Positions 1-12,743 of a stretch of DNA of 64,000 nt are shown piece by piece. Both the position numbers and the translations under genes were made by a program. The DNA is from Oopsacas minuta (lineage: Eukaryota > Animalia > Porifera). The first letter of the stretch is position 1, and every line of letters begins with the position of its first letter. The notes under the pieces are model-generated. The model saw only the letters and a program-made list of their open reading frames with translations. It searched no databases and was not told the DNA's origin. The stretch spans positions 434,001-498,000 of the forward strand of contig JAKMXF010000300.1 of assembly GCA_024704765.1 (NCBI GenBank). The letters are read 5' to 3'.

Positions 1-102
1 TCTCTAGCAATAGTTATTATACCTTATTGAAATGTTAGGGTAGTAATTAGTTGTATACAATGTAAATAGAGTTAGTAGAGCTATACAAGGTAGACAATAA
101 GA

Positions 103-1741
103 TTAATCGTCAGTTTCATAACCGAAATCTCTGCAGTTTCCAAGGATCAAAGGTGCGAAAAGTGTCCACAAGTAGAGGGCGTGACAGAGGTATGAGCTGA
201 TCACTTTGACACCTACAGATGCCCAGGTATTCTGGAACCCATCAGTGTTAGCCATATCCGGTTGTACCCAGTTAGTCAGCTGCATCATAATGTATAGAGC
301 AGCTAGTACAGACATGAAATGATAGAAAGAGTATGAATAAACTACTCTCTCTTTTTCATCATCAACTGCATTAGTAGCACATTTGCTGTCAGAATCTTCT
401 TTCTCATGTTCATCATCCTCAGTAGGAATACAACCAAACAACTCATTAAGCTTGCTCTCTGTCTCTGGGCTAGCGCCACATACCTTCCGGAATTGAGTTA
501 TATTAGAGGTACGGAATGAACTGAACACGACTGTACCAAAGAGGAACAATATACCTATACATATATGTATGGAGTTAATATATTATTACTGAAATTATTA
601 AAAGTTTATTTGTAACTAACCAACAGCTGATGATAGACGAGAATTAGCCACAAAATCTAATCTAGGAGTAGTAGTAGTAAGATTACAGGTTAGTGGATCA
701 TAAGGCTCGTTAGATACAGCACTCCAGATTAGATAGGTAGTGTAGGCACACACCACAGATGATTGAAGTAAACCTAGAGAGAGTAAATATAATAGATTAA
801 TCAGTAACTCATATTATTATAGTATAAGCTCTTGTACCTGAGGATGGTAGCTTGCTCTGTATCCAGGGTAGAACTGATATAACTCCTCCAATTACACAAA
901 GGATAAGGTTAAATGAAATAAAGAATTTGTTGAGGTGACAGCCTTCTGGTTCTGTGAAGAAAATATACATCGATACATAACCTGCTATAGAGCAGATGTA
1001 TAAAAACAAGGAGCAAACCAGGAGACCACCGTATGCTACCCAGGGGGTCCATGCTATGTCCTCATCTATCCAGCTGAGCCATTTCTCAGCCCAGGAGTGA
1101 GCGAAATCAACCAAGAACAACACCTAAGAGAATATTATACAAACAATATTCAATATTATTTGATAATAGCACAAACCTGCAGAAATATGAACAGTCCAGC
1201 TCCAAACATTCCAATGACAAGACAAATATATGAAAACACAAAATAGTTAGTTATGGGAATGAAGAAGAATGCGATAATTAAACCAATGAATATTATCCAT
1301 TTGAATAGCCAGAATCCGTTCTGTACATAAGATCTGGGATCTCTACTGGAGCACACACAGAACATAACTAGCATTAATACAAAGAAGAATACTGCCATAG
1401 CTAGACAGATTCTGTAAACAGCTGATACTCCTATAAATAGATGTATATAAGACATATTGTAAGTGTATTAACAGTAATAACTCACCAAGGAAGGAAGCAC
1501 AGTTTATATCAGGATTTATGTCGAAAACAACCACTCGGAAATTGTTACAGATAAATGAACCTTCCAGCAAACCAGTCACTCCGCGACTCGCGAAAATAAC
1601 TGAGATAATAGCTCCGAATAGGAGCATTACACCATAGGAGATTCTTGTACTGATTGAGGCTCGGAGACCTGGTAAGCCTGAAAAGCAACCACAGGGTCCC
1701 CCACAGCAGAGACAGGAGAGAGGTCCGAGCAAGCAAGCCAT
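103..1741 (-). CDS. SERINC: Serine incorporator (SERINC/TMS family) multi-pass membrane protein, multi-exon
   Basis: Five ORF pieces join into one protein. It has a Cys-rich N-terminus (MACLLGPLSCLCCGGPCGC), RDPRSYVQNGFW.FK, GCHLNKFFISFNL, YSYSFYHF..VLAALYIMMQLTNW and a C-terminal YLWTLFAPL..CRDF. Short GT-AG introns lie between the pieces. Confidence 0.95.
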
Positions 1742-1967
1742 TTCTTATAGCTAGTGTAAATTATAAGCACTTAGGCATATGGTATATAAATATATAGAAT
1801 TATACGACTTATCAGGAAAATAGGTTACATTGCTTAGCTAGCAGAAACTAATAGATTAAATAGAAATTCTAAGAAGGCAAATAAAAATATAAATAATTAA
1901 CGAATCAAATAAAAAGTTAATTTACAAAGAATATAATTATATAAAGAGTTACATACCGATATAGAGT

Positions 1968-3050
1968 TCAATTCCAAATCTTGAGCTGCATATCATAGGA
2001 CCCAGAACAGAGAGCTAGCCCGTTGGGAGGTACCCCTAAACATGAGACCCTCTTCTGGTGACCGGTTAACAATCCTACACGTACACTCTTCAACACATCC
2101 CAGATAATTATGATACCATCGTTATAACCCGTGAAGAGTAGACGGCCGCTGAGAGAGAATGCTATAGATTGAGCACTGTGTACACCTCCCTGTCCTGTGG
2201 CATAGTTTGCTACCTTGTGCTCAGATCTGATATCAAATAGACTACAAGATCCATCTTCACTGGATACTCCAAACCAAGTTCCAGTCGGTCCGAAACAGAC
2301 TTTGGTGATGTCATCCTCCACCCCGAAGAAAGTATGTACACATTCTCTAGTACGGACATCCCATAGCTTACAGAGACGATCACTACTCCCACTCACTACT
2401 GTATTACCGTCTAAGGCTAGAGAGAATGAGGCTACGTCTTGTAAGTGACCCTTAAAAGTAGCTGTAGACTTCCCAGACTCAACATTCCATACTTGCAATG
2501 TAGCATCCCCAGAGGATGTGATGAGCTCTTCATCACTAAGAAATCTACAACAAGAGAGATAGGACTCGTGTCCCTCTAGTACTCGAGTCACCTGTCGCAC
2601 ACCCACAGGATCTGCTTCTCTAGAGCCTATATTGTAGATGGAACAAGCATTATCTAGTCCACCAGTAGCGACCAGTGATCCGTTAGGGGATAGAGCACAG
2701 GTTAAGGTTCCTCCTTTGGTCATAGAGATAACTGAATGCTGTTTGTTACCACTGAATCCATCCCAAAGGAATAGCACACCATCTTGAGATGCAGACAGTA
2801 TGTGTTGAGAATCGCGAGACCAATCTAGATCGAATATTCTGTCGAAATGACCCTTCAAATGTTGTCTAAGCTGAGGATGAACTTTTTTTGGAAGAGAGGG
2901 TACATCCTCTGCAGCAGCTGATAAGTTTGTGTCAGCGTATTCATTTCTAGCAGCAATCAGCTGTCCCTTAACCTTCTCAACCTCTGCAGTGAGACGTACA
3001 CCTTCCTTACTGTCTGCTGCTCCAGAGATAGCTCGTATATCAGCACTCAT
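1968..3050 (-). CDS. Divergent heterotrimeric G-protein beta subunit (WD40 x7), intronless
   Basis: N-terminal helix, then LKGH..RI, SASQDG.L.LWD, VATGGLDNACSIY, GHESYLSCCRF, TSSGD.T..VW, GH..DV.S.SL, GRLLFTGY.D and GHQKRVSCLGV..NG.ALCSGSYD..LKIWN. The likely ATG is at 3050 (MSADIR); the upstream ORF extension is AT-rich and not coding-like. Confidence 0.9.
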   Translation of the reverse strand: MSADIRAISGAADSKEGVRLTAEVEKVKGQLIAARNEYADTNLSAAAEDVPSLPKKVHPQLRQHLKGHFDRIFDLDWSRDSQHILSASQDGVLFLWDGFSGNKQHSVISMTKGGTLTCALSPNGSLVATGGLDNACSIYNIGSREADPVGVRQVTRVLEGHESYLSCCRFLSDEELITSSGDATLQVWNVESGKSTATFKGHLQDVASFSLALDGNTVVSGSSDRLCKLWDVRTRECVHTFFGVEDDITKVCFGPTGTWFGVSSEDGSCSLFDIRSEHKVANYATGQGGVHSAQSIAFSLSGRLLFTGYNDGIIIIWDVLKSVRVGLLTGHQKRVSCLGVPPNGLALCSGSYDMQLKIWN

Positions 3051-3235
3051 TCTAACTAACTTATAGAAGATGTATGGTAGATATGATTGAATAGTTAAAT
3101 GGTACAAGTAATACCTGTCCAAATTGAAAGTTAATATTTGTATCTTATTATAGGCACTGTAAGCCAATACCATACTTATGTCTAGGGGATAGGCTATAGT
3201 ACAAATGCATGAGACGTGAATTCAGGATAGGAGAT

Positions 3236-5592
3236 ATGGCAAAAATAGTTATTTTCCTACTTTCATTAATCGTAATAGGGATACTGTCTGAGAGTGTGAC
3301 AGCCACTGAATGGAATTCTTTTGGACTAAATTTTGAATCAATAATACATTCCTTCAATGTGGGAGGACTGGCGATAGCAGTGGTGCAGAATCAGAGCTAC
3401 TATAAGGCACAAGGCTTCGGGGATAAAGACCAGCTAGGGAGTCTCATGACGAACAACACTGGGTTCTTTATTGGCTCTCTTACCAAAGCATTTACAGCTA
3501 CACTAGCAGTATTACTAGCCAAAAAGGTATATATTCGGTAAAACTTAGTAATTATAAATTATAAGAACTGCCTTGTTTAGCATGGAATAGAAATGGAAGA
3601 TAGTGTGAATCGATTCTACGGACTGAATATAGCTACACCCGAACAAGAGAATACCAATTTGATAGATTTACTAGCACACAGAGTCGGAGCAGGGAGCTAT
3701 GAATTTTTCTGGTTAACTCGTGGTACACAGGAAGGCACAAACGTGCTAGAGAACCCACTGACTAACAAGATAGAGGTTGTACACCAAGGATTCAGGAGTG
3801 AGTTCATATACAGTAGCCTAATGTACTGGGTAGTGGGTGAGGCTCTGGAAGCTATTGCCAGTAACAAAACAGCTGAAGATGAATCAAACGACGAGGCTGG
3901 GGGATCTTGGTGTGATTTGGTGACAGAGTTAGTGATCAATGAGTTGGAGATGAATGAGACTACTTGTAGATGGAGAGATTCAGGGAGAGATGGGATAGGA
4001 GGACTGATGGCTGCTCAGCTGTTTTGGAATGGAACAAACTTAGTGTCTATACCCACAGGCATAGCTGAGTTAGTTTAAATACGATACAAATAGGTTATTA
4101 TTCAGTTTAGCTATACGATTGTCTCTTTAGTCAATGGCAGAATGTACTAGCAGCTTCAGGGTTGATCTCATCTGCTAATGATATGGTAAATTGGCTGCGT
4201 TTCAATTTGAAACTTGGAGAATTTGGATATCTCGAAGAGACTTTAGGACTAACTCACAAAATGTACATGGGTATAGACAATAACTACAGGATGAAGCTAT
4301 CACAGTTTGGTATATCATTCCATACGTATGGATATGGTCTAGGATGGTATATTGGCAACTACAGGGGTAAGTTGGAATGCAAAGCATCTGAACGAATAGC
4401 TTATAAACTGTCTTTAGGTTTCAAAGTGCTGTATCATGACGGACGACTGCTTGGCCATCAGAATCTGGTGTGGCTGATCCCTGACATAGAGTTTGGTGTG
4501 TATTTAGCAGGAACAGGCGGAACCAATGATACAATACAACAAATGATGCTATTAGCGATGTATCTTACTGATGAATTCAGTGGCAATCTCACTAAGCCGT
4601 GGCTAAATGAATACATATTAGTCAACTGGAAGAATCTGTACCCAGAACAGCTGTACTATCCTCCTACACAGCCTCATGCAATAGAGCCTTTAACAACATG
4701 TAATTGTCTGGTTAATGGAACAAGAGTACGATACTGTCAGGAAGAATATTTATACTTTGAGCTGAGTAATAATTACACGAAAAATCAAGCTATAAAAAAT
4801 TATAATTATACCAATGAGGTCTATGGGATTATGCAAATAGATTATTGTAGCAAGTATATACCAGGCTATGTGGCTTCTAAACCATCAACTGAGTATTGTA
4901 TGAAGATAAATAAGTTTATCGGAGAGATACAACCAACTAATCTGACAAATATTTATAACCTTAAGCCTCATGGACAATTCATTTACATACAAAATACAGT
5001 ATTCCAACGTCCGCTGCTGGTGAAAATAAGTGAAACCAAGAGTACAACGGCCTTGTCAGATAATGTGGAAGTTAGTGTTTGTGGACTTACGTTGGATCCA
5101 AGGGTTCCTCCTCATTTCACTAAGTACAGCAGCAGCGGAAACGAAGCTATAGTGACATTGCCTGTCGTTTTCGTAATTCTGGCAATTTTCCTAATAGGAA
5201 TTACTTTAAACAGCCACAAGACTATAAAGAGGAAAATTGATAAATACATATTGTCCAGAATGCCTTACAGAATGACTATTAACAAAAAAGGGATAAAAAT
5301 TGAAAAGCAAGAGAAGATTAGTCTTCTGCTACAAGATCATGGGAATCTTACTGAACACCAGAAGTTAGTGGCAGATATCTGCAAACCAAAACCTAAGAAA
5401 GAGGCTAGTATCAACAAAGAGGATGAAGAAAATATTTTCAAAGGTGTGAAAAGCGCAAAGAAGAAATATGTGCAGATGGTTGATGAAGAGTTTGTGTTGG
5501 TTGAGGGAGAAAAAATATCAGCTGTTGTACAGACAAGAGACGCTACTATTATTGCGAATAAAGGGTCAGAAGAGAGGGATGGAGCTGTATAA
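3236..5592 (+). CDS. Beta-lactamase/PBP-fold serine hydrolase with signal peptide, one TM helix and cytoplasmic tail (4 exons)
   Basis: Signal peptide MAKIVIFLLSLIVIGILSES, then GGLAIAVV, F.IGSLTKAFTA (SxxK), DLLAHRVG, FIYSS, SGLISSANDM..WL, YGYGLGW and YHDG..LGH. TM segment IVTLPVVFVILAIFLIGITL. Introns 3527-3580, 4069-4130 and 4367-4417 restore the frame. Confidence 0.85.
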
Positions 5593-5801
5593 ATATTACT
5601 GAATATATGGTATAAGGTAGAATTAGTGTCGTATGATTGCTCTTTCATGTTTATTACATAAGTAATTAAAGGAAAATATAGTACAATTATTGGAAAAGAT
5701 GGGCGAATTGAAATAAAGGAATACAAATGATTGCAATATTGAAACATAATAAATTCATATATTGTTAATAAATAAGTGATTATAAAAATAAACTTACTCT
5801 G

Positions 5802-8800
5802 TTAAGGATTTCTCTCAAAGAGGAGATGAACTAGAGCAGAATAGCCAAATTTATATTGCTCCTTAGTTTGAATTAAGTTCATTCTACTGGAATTAAGAGT
5901 CACAACCAATTGAAATACATCTGCTTTCACGCGGTTTTTAACAAGTTTGGAGAGTATATCGACTAAACAATATGATCCAGTTCTTCCTATACCAACATTA
6001 CAATGTACAAGTATCTCTTTAGCCCCTACCCTCTGTCTTATGTAATCAATAAAAGTACAGAAATCAACCACTGATTTCGGTATTCCAGTACCTGACCATT
6101 GTCTGTAATGGAATTGTAGAATATTTCTGCCCTCTCCGTTAGTCTTATTAGTCACAAATATTCCTCTCATACTCATCTTCTCCTGACAATTCTCTTCTAT
6201 CATCTTGACAGAGAAGTTTCCAAAATCCATTTTATCTTCCTCCTTGAGTTCCGCATTTTGAGTTTCATCCCAGTAAGGAGGTGTCCGTCTTATCCCAAAT
6301 TCCTTCTGATCCACTAATATGATAATTACATATAATTCCTGCTCCCATATCATCTGCCAGAACTTGCCTACTTCTGAGGATAGAGGTGCTTGTGTACACA
6401 CATATTTAAACTCTAATTCATTCACTTTAATCTGCACAAGACTAGAATTAGTGTAGTTATCTTGAGGGTCTGTAGAATTAAGTACAACTCTGTTTTTGTC
6501 GTAAGGAATTGCTCGTAATGATCTGTTCTTCTTTACGTTTTGAACTGCTTTAGCAATAGAAGAAGAAATATCTGGTTTTCTAGCTGTCACCTCTTTAAAA
6601 TCATTCTCCACAGATTCAGGATCCATCTCAGCGTGTATTCGTTTAATCTCTGTCTGTAGATCTTCGATTGGATAGATTCCGTAATTCAATTGAGTGTATG
6701 GTCCCTCTATACGTACTGTACTCTCTTGTATCGCTTTATACATGAGGAAGGGGTTGTGGGAGCTATCATTGTTAGGATAGAGATCATTAGTGGTGAGAGA
6801 AGGCTGGAGGAGATCTCGTGAGAAAGGGTCTACTGGCTCAAGGATAGGTTGATTTATAGATTGTGTGATAACTATCGTATCAGTGTTTGTAGCTAAGCTA
6901 GGGATCTGGTCCAGATTTATAAGCATATCGAGAGGCTGGGTGGGTAGGGGTATTGGAGGAGGGGCAGATTCAGGGGGAGGAGGAACCTCATGTTCATCTA
7001 CAACCTCTGTACCTATGTTATAAGGTGTGTATCTAGCTACCAAGAACTTTATCTCTCTTGGGGATTGCTTCAGAGCTTCTAAGGCATCTTCTTTGCTCAG
7101 ATTTCTTAGATTTACTCCATTCGCCTCCAGCAAAATATCATCTACACTTAATCTTCCATCCGAACTAGCAACAGAGTTATCCGTCAAATGCTTAACGAAT
7201 ATTCCTGTAGGGAAATGATCAGGTGGGAGACAGCCTATTTGTATTCCTAATTTCTCATTTGATTCTCGGGACAATTTCATTTCAAATACATGCTCAATAC
7301 AGTGATGATCTGATAGAGGTCTAGAATAGCTGTTGGTGGATAGCTGAGTGAATAGGAGACTAGCAGGTAGATATTCTGGATGATATGAATCCTCTCTGTC
7401 CTCTGCTGGCTGTGTGTCTGTAGATTCTAGTCTAATATATCTCTTTATATCAAGTACTATGGTGGTGTTAGGTTCCCCCTTAATTAATGGGAGTACTTCC
7501 CCTCTTTTCATGCTCTGTATGTTAACCCCATTAATAGCAGTAATCTCATCTCCTCGTAATAATTGTCCGTTGCTCATAGCAGGATCTCCTAGAATAGACT
7601 TCACCAACAGTCCTGTTTGATCAATTTGTTTGGAAATAACTTTCAATCCTAGACCTTGCTCTCCTCTCTCCATAGTGATGGTAAAGTGCTCTTCTCTGAC
7701 GTCAGGGGAGTCTAGTACTGCCATCAGCTCCTGTGTACTGATAGATCGACCTGGCAATGACTCATGACTTAGTGTAGATTTGGTATCAACGTGTTTGAGG
7801 GGTTGGTAAGGAAATTCTGAGAGAGATAACTCGCTAGCTGCCATCAGAGGATCAGGAATAATATCTAACAGGATGGGGTTAACAGCTTTCTTTAAGATAC
7901 TGACAGCCTTTTGTCTGTCTACACCTGTTAATGACTGATTGTTTATTGACATTATTTTAGCACCTGGGTGTAGCTCAGCTGACTGAGAAGCTGGACTACC
8001 CTTGAGGATCTCTTTAATATAAATACCAGTAGTTTGATCCGCCTCCTTCACTGCATGCAGACGTATACCCAGATTACCTGCTGTATCTTTCATAATCATT
8101 ACAGTAATGGTTTGTTCTATAGATAGACTAGCAGGTCTAGGAGATAGCATAAGTTCTGGTGTTGATTCTATTTCAACTGGACTTTGTTCTAACACAACTA
8201 GTGGTAGATCCTGTGATTGTCTTCTGAGCTTAATCAAGAGAGATTTATCATCAGGTAGAGCTCCTAAGAAATCAACCAATTCATCTACTCCCATACCAGT
8301 TAACTCATTAGAATCAATAGATACAATTTGATCTCCATGCTGTACATCTCCTGTCTTCTCAGCTGATGATCCAGCTACTACCTCTGATACATACACAGGT
8401 ACACCTGACTGTCTGGTTAGGATATTAACGTTAAGACCTAGCGAGCCGTGTAGCTTCATTAGCTCAGTCTCTATCTCCACATATTCAGGCTCCATGAACT
8501 TCTCTGGGGTAGCAGGGGGGACAACAGGGGGAGAGGGAGGTAACTGATGAGAGGAAGGGGATTCTGTCTTATTAAGAATTACGTCAGTATAATTAACATT
8601 TTCATTAATGAGCCGGGGTGTGAATTTCTCTGCCATTACTTCTAGTTCTTCTCCCTGAGATAATCGTTTTTCACAACTGACCTTGTCTCTGTGTAATCTT
8701 ATGTGTATATCTGTAAAAGCCTCCATCAAGGTGACAATTTCCGAAGATTTAAGCGAGACTAATCGCACACTATTGACCTCTAATATACGGTCTCCTGACA

Positions 8801-11800
8801 TTAACATACCAGCTATATCACGATTAGTTATCTCACGAACTATAACACATAACTCCCCATTTTCATTGTAATTATCCTCTACAGTAAAACCAAAATCGCC
8901 CTTCAGATCCCTCTTGAGAGTTATTTCAAATTCTTCTTCTGATTCATCAAATGCTCTCTTTATAATTACAGGAGTTTCCATTCTAAATATATTACCTTCT
9001 TCCTGACAAGTTGTCTTAACTATTATTTCAATTTCTTGACTAGTTTGTAGTAAACTCAATACATCTTTATATGTATTGCCTGTTATTGGCTTGCTGTTCA
9101 CAGACATAATCTGGTCAAATAACTTTAATCTCCCATCTAAGTGTGCTGGTCCTCTCACAGCTATGTTTTGTATGTATAAACCTAGAAAAGTAGTAATAAA
9201 TACTTGTACAAGCCGATTATTGTTGTTTCTGGAAGATTGATACCTGGTGTTCTCTCTGGAGGGTTCAGAATGACAGTCAGCCCGAATCCAAATCCAGGTG
9301 CTTGTCTAAGACTTATGCTCATCAGCTTGAGACCTGGCTCTTCCGGTATATCTATCCCAGCTGGTAGAGGCATAAGGTCAGTCTCTGTGTCTACAGGGGG
9401 TATATAAGGATCACTCTTCTCAGAATGTAGAGTACTGAGGGAGCCTTTAGATGAGTAGAATGATACAGAGTCTGTTAGATTCAATGAGCTAGACTCATCA
9501 AATACTCCTTTAAATACTCCCATTGCTACTTTAATACGAGACAGGATCTGATAAGAATGAAATTGCTACAAAATAGATATGATAATATACGCTTATATTT
9601 TATTGCTATATTCATCAGATCAAACCTTGCTTAGTTTGAGTAGATATTTGCTCTGTTTGTAGCTGTTAGTCAGCAGTACTAGCTCAGCTGATTGCAATAT
9701 GGGTGTGGCTGTTTCTTGAGGCTCAATCACAAACCTCTTGTTACGATGCCACATTAGTTTTATAAGTTTCCAAGAGAAGGATAGGACAGGAACCTTTTCA
9801 CGATCTACTATCTTACTCAAGACAAAGCCTCTCGTCGAAACTCCAGCCCATACCTCCTCAGTGCCGAGCTTCTTCTGCCACAACACTCTAATAACGTATA
9901 ACTATAACAACCTGTATTTATGTATTATTATTAAACTTACTTATGATAGACTAATCCGTATTCTGGTAACTTCTGAGCTTGTTTAAGATAAGCTAGTTCT
10001 GCTTCTGTTCTGCTTAACCCCTGGTGTGACTGATGCATCTGTCTGAGTGTATCAGAGATGGTATCAGCTGGTAGAGACTCCAGTACTCTGTAATGTAGAT
10101 AATCTCTTGCTTGATAATAACACTCAACTTCTGTATCTCTTCTATAATCGCCTAGCTCAATCTATAAACATAAAATCAAAGATATACGTATACACTTATT
10201 TCTATCATGATTATGGTTACCTGGAGCGAGAGGCCAGCTAGAGCTAAAGCAGGCTCCTCTTCACAAGATACCCTCCCCTCCAGTAGACCCTTCTTTAGCT
10301 GTAGATAGTATAAATGTCTTGTCTGTCTTGATTTTAACAGACGGACATTCTCTACAAAGAATTTAACTCTGAAGTATACAGAAAATCTCTTATCTCTTCC
10401 TCTTCTCTTATTTCGCTGATGTTTATAAGAGTCTGTTGGTTTGTCTATCCAGCCTTTGGGGGCGTATTTGAATATAGAGACCTCTGGGTCTAGAAATACC
10501 TCCTCTCCCTGCTGAATGATAGCTAGACTAAAGTTCTCTGGTTCCTGGAGAGAGAGGAAGGCTACGACTTGTTGGAAGAGATCCAGTACTAACGAATTCT
10601 CATCTACGTTGGCTATAAATGTTTTTGAGTTCAGTAGAATTACCTACAATACAGAGAGCATTAACTAGTAATTTACATAGAGACTACACTGACTACCTAC
10701 TTCTACATCTCTCCTGTCTACAAGAGTTGTAGCAGTGAAGAGAAGGGGGGAGGTGTCTGTTGGCTTATTGAGAGGATGAGTACCAGTCAATTTCTGGAAA
10801 TCTGGTCCCAAAATCTTTCTGAGTTTAATCATACTCTCCTCTCTGTTCTCCAGGTTCTGCCACTCCTCATCATATGTAGGTTCAAACACATACACTTCAT
10901 GGTCTGAAAGTTTCCTTCTTGTACCTGTAGTAATTGTATCAATTAGATGACTAAGGAACAGCTGATTAACTAATCTTACCGCGCTTCTTTCTAACAACTG
11001 TTGGTGTCAATTCGTCTCCAGACTCTGTACCAGAATGACCCTCAACTGGTAGCTCCACCCCAGCTTCTAGAGCCTGTGACAGAGTGAGTAGATCAGTACC
11101 AGACCTCCTGCCTCTAGCCCTATCTTCTCTCATAGAAGGACTGTCTACAGTGCGACTAGGTGAAGAGCTGAGCTGTGAGAATCTATTGATTGGAGCTAGA
11201 GGGAGAGCTCGTTCTCTTGGAGATTCCTGCTCATTCACTCCGGGATAAATAGGGTAGTTCTTTGGATCATCTAATCCGTTAGAAATAGAAGGAGGAGGAT
11301 CATCTTGTGTAATACTCCTGGGTATTAGAGAAGAATCTTCCTTGTCATTTGTATCAGCTGCAACAGCAGGAAGGAATGAAGTATTTCCTCTATCATTGGT
11401 ATCAGGATCTAACTCTTGTTGAGTAAACTTGATTAGAGTATCAATCTCATGAATATATTGCTGTTGATATTCGGTCTCTGATAAAGTACTAGAGTCACTC
11501 TCTATCAGCTGTTCTTGTACTACCCCTGAGCTACCACTACTACTCCCTGTATACTCCTACAACCTCAATATTAATATATATTCCATAATACATACATAAC
11601 AATTATCACACTACCATAGCAGAAGATAGGTGCTTTGGTATCCCAGTAGAATCAGTTGACATAGGACGCTCAGATCTTCTTACACCCAGCAATATAGATG
11701 TATCTGTATCTAAGTCTACTGTAGGGATTTTAGAGAGTAGGGAAGAATGACTGACGTCATCAAATGAGGAGGATATGTGTCTGCTATACATTCCACTCAG

Positions 11801-12674
11801 TCTAGCTTTCTTCTGTTGATGAATAGGCTCAGGTACAGACATGTGTCTGTATATGCTGTCTAGACTGTTGACTCTCTGTAGAGCTGCAGTGGGAGGATGT
11901 GTAGTAGGAGGAGGGGGAGGGGGAGGGAGAGAAGAGGGGAGAGCAGGTTCCATTTCAGCTTCATCCAATTCTCTAAATAATATATATTCATATTGTATGC
12001 TAGTAAATTGTATTATATAAGTACCTTGCTAGAGAATGAGAATTCTCTTTCCCTGTAATATCCTGTATCGTAGTGACGTCAGATGATAGTAACGTGTTTA
12101 GCTCTACTTCTTCTCCTCCTGATGCATCTTTGTAGTCCAAATACTCATCTATAATCTCCTGTAGAGTGACGTCACGCGCAGAGGGATCCTCCTCTCCCAT
12201 TCTCATCAGCAGGTCTCTGAGACTGTTATCATCCATCTTCATCTACACACAGGATAGAATTACAATTATCATCACGTCACTATTTATATAAATTACCAGG
12301 AGACCATCTTCTTGTGGGAGCATAGCACTAGCTGTTATACACATTCCTAGTGAGAACATATATATAAGCTCTACGTCAGATTTCTCTAGACCTCCTCCCT
12401 GATAGGTCATCAGTTCTGGAGCCATGAACAGGCTCTGCTCCTCTAACTTAGAGTTGTAGACCCCAGGACAGAATTGTACGCCAAGTGGACCAATTAAGAA
12501 GGTATCGGGAGTGATGAGGAGAGAGGGACCGCCCACCCAGGAACTAGGATCTGTTTCTAGAGTGTGTAGAAGTGAGAGAGCTGCTTCTGATAAGATACAC
12601 CATACTTCATCTTCATTCAGACAGCCTGACTTCTGGGCTACCAGTTCTTTCAGTGTTACTCTTTCAGCTGCCAT
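5802..12674 (-). CDS. PTPN13: PTPN13-like protein: KIND - FERM - six PDZ - PTP domain, multi-exon
   Basis: KIND-like start (VTLKELV..KSGCLNEDEVWCILSE..., FMAPE) and FERM C-lobe (EEVWAGVSTRGFVL..., FSWKLIKLMWHRNKRFVI). Six GLGF-type PDZ loops: GFGFGL, GDFGF, GSLGL, GNLGI, QGLGL, EKLGI. PTP domain with YVCTQAPL...FWQMIWEQ, HCNVGIGRTG and LIQTKEQY. Confidence 0.9.
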
Positions 12675-12743
12675 ATAAACTACTAGCACATGTAAATAAG
12701 GAATAGATATAACAAATGTGAAAAATAATCAATGATACATAGG

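Noticed and set aside
3051-3173. 41-aa N-terminal extension of the G-beta ORF
   Set aside because: It is AT-rich and Tyr/Leu/Ile-rich with no homology, and lies in the short divergent promoter. MSADIR at 3050 is the more plausible start.
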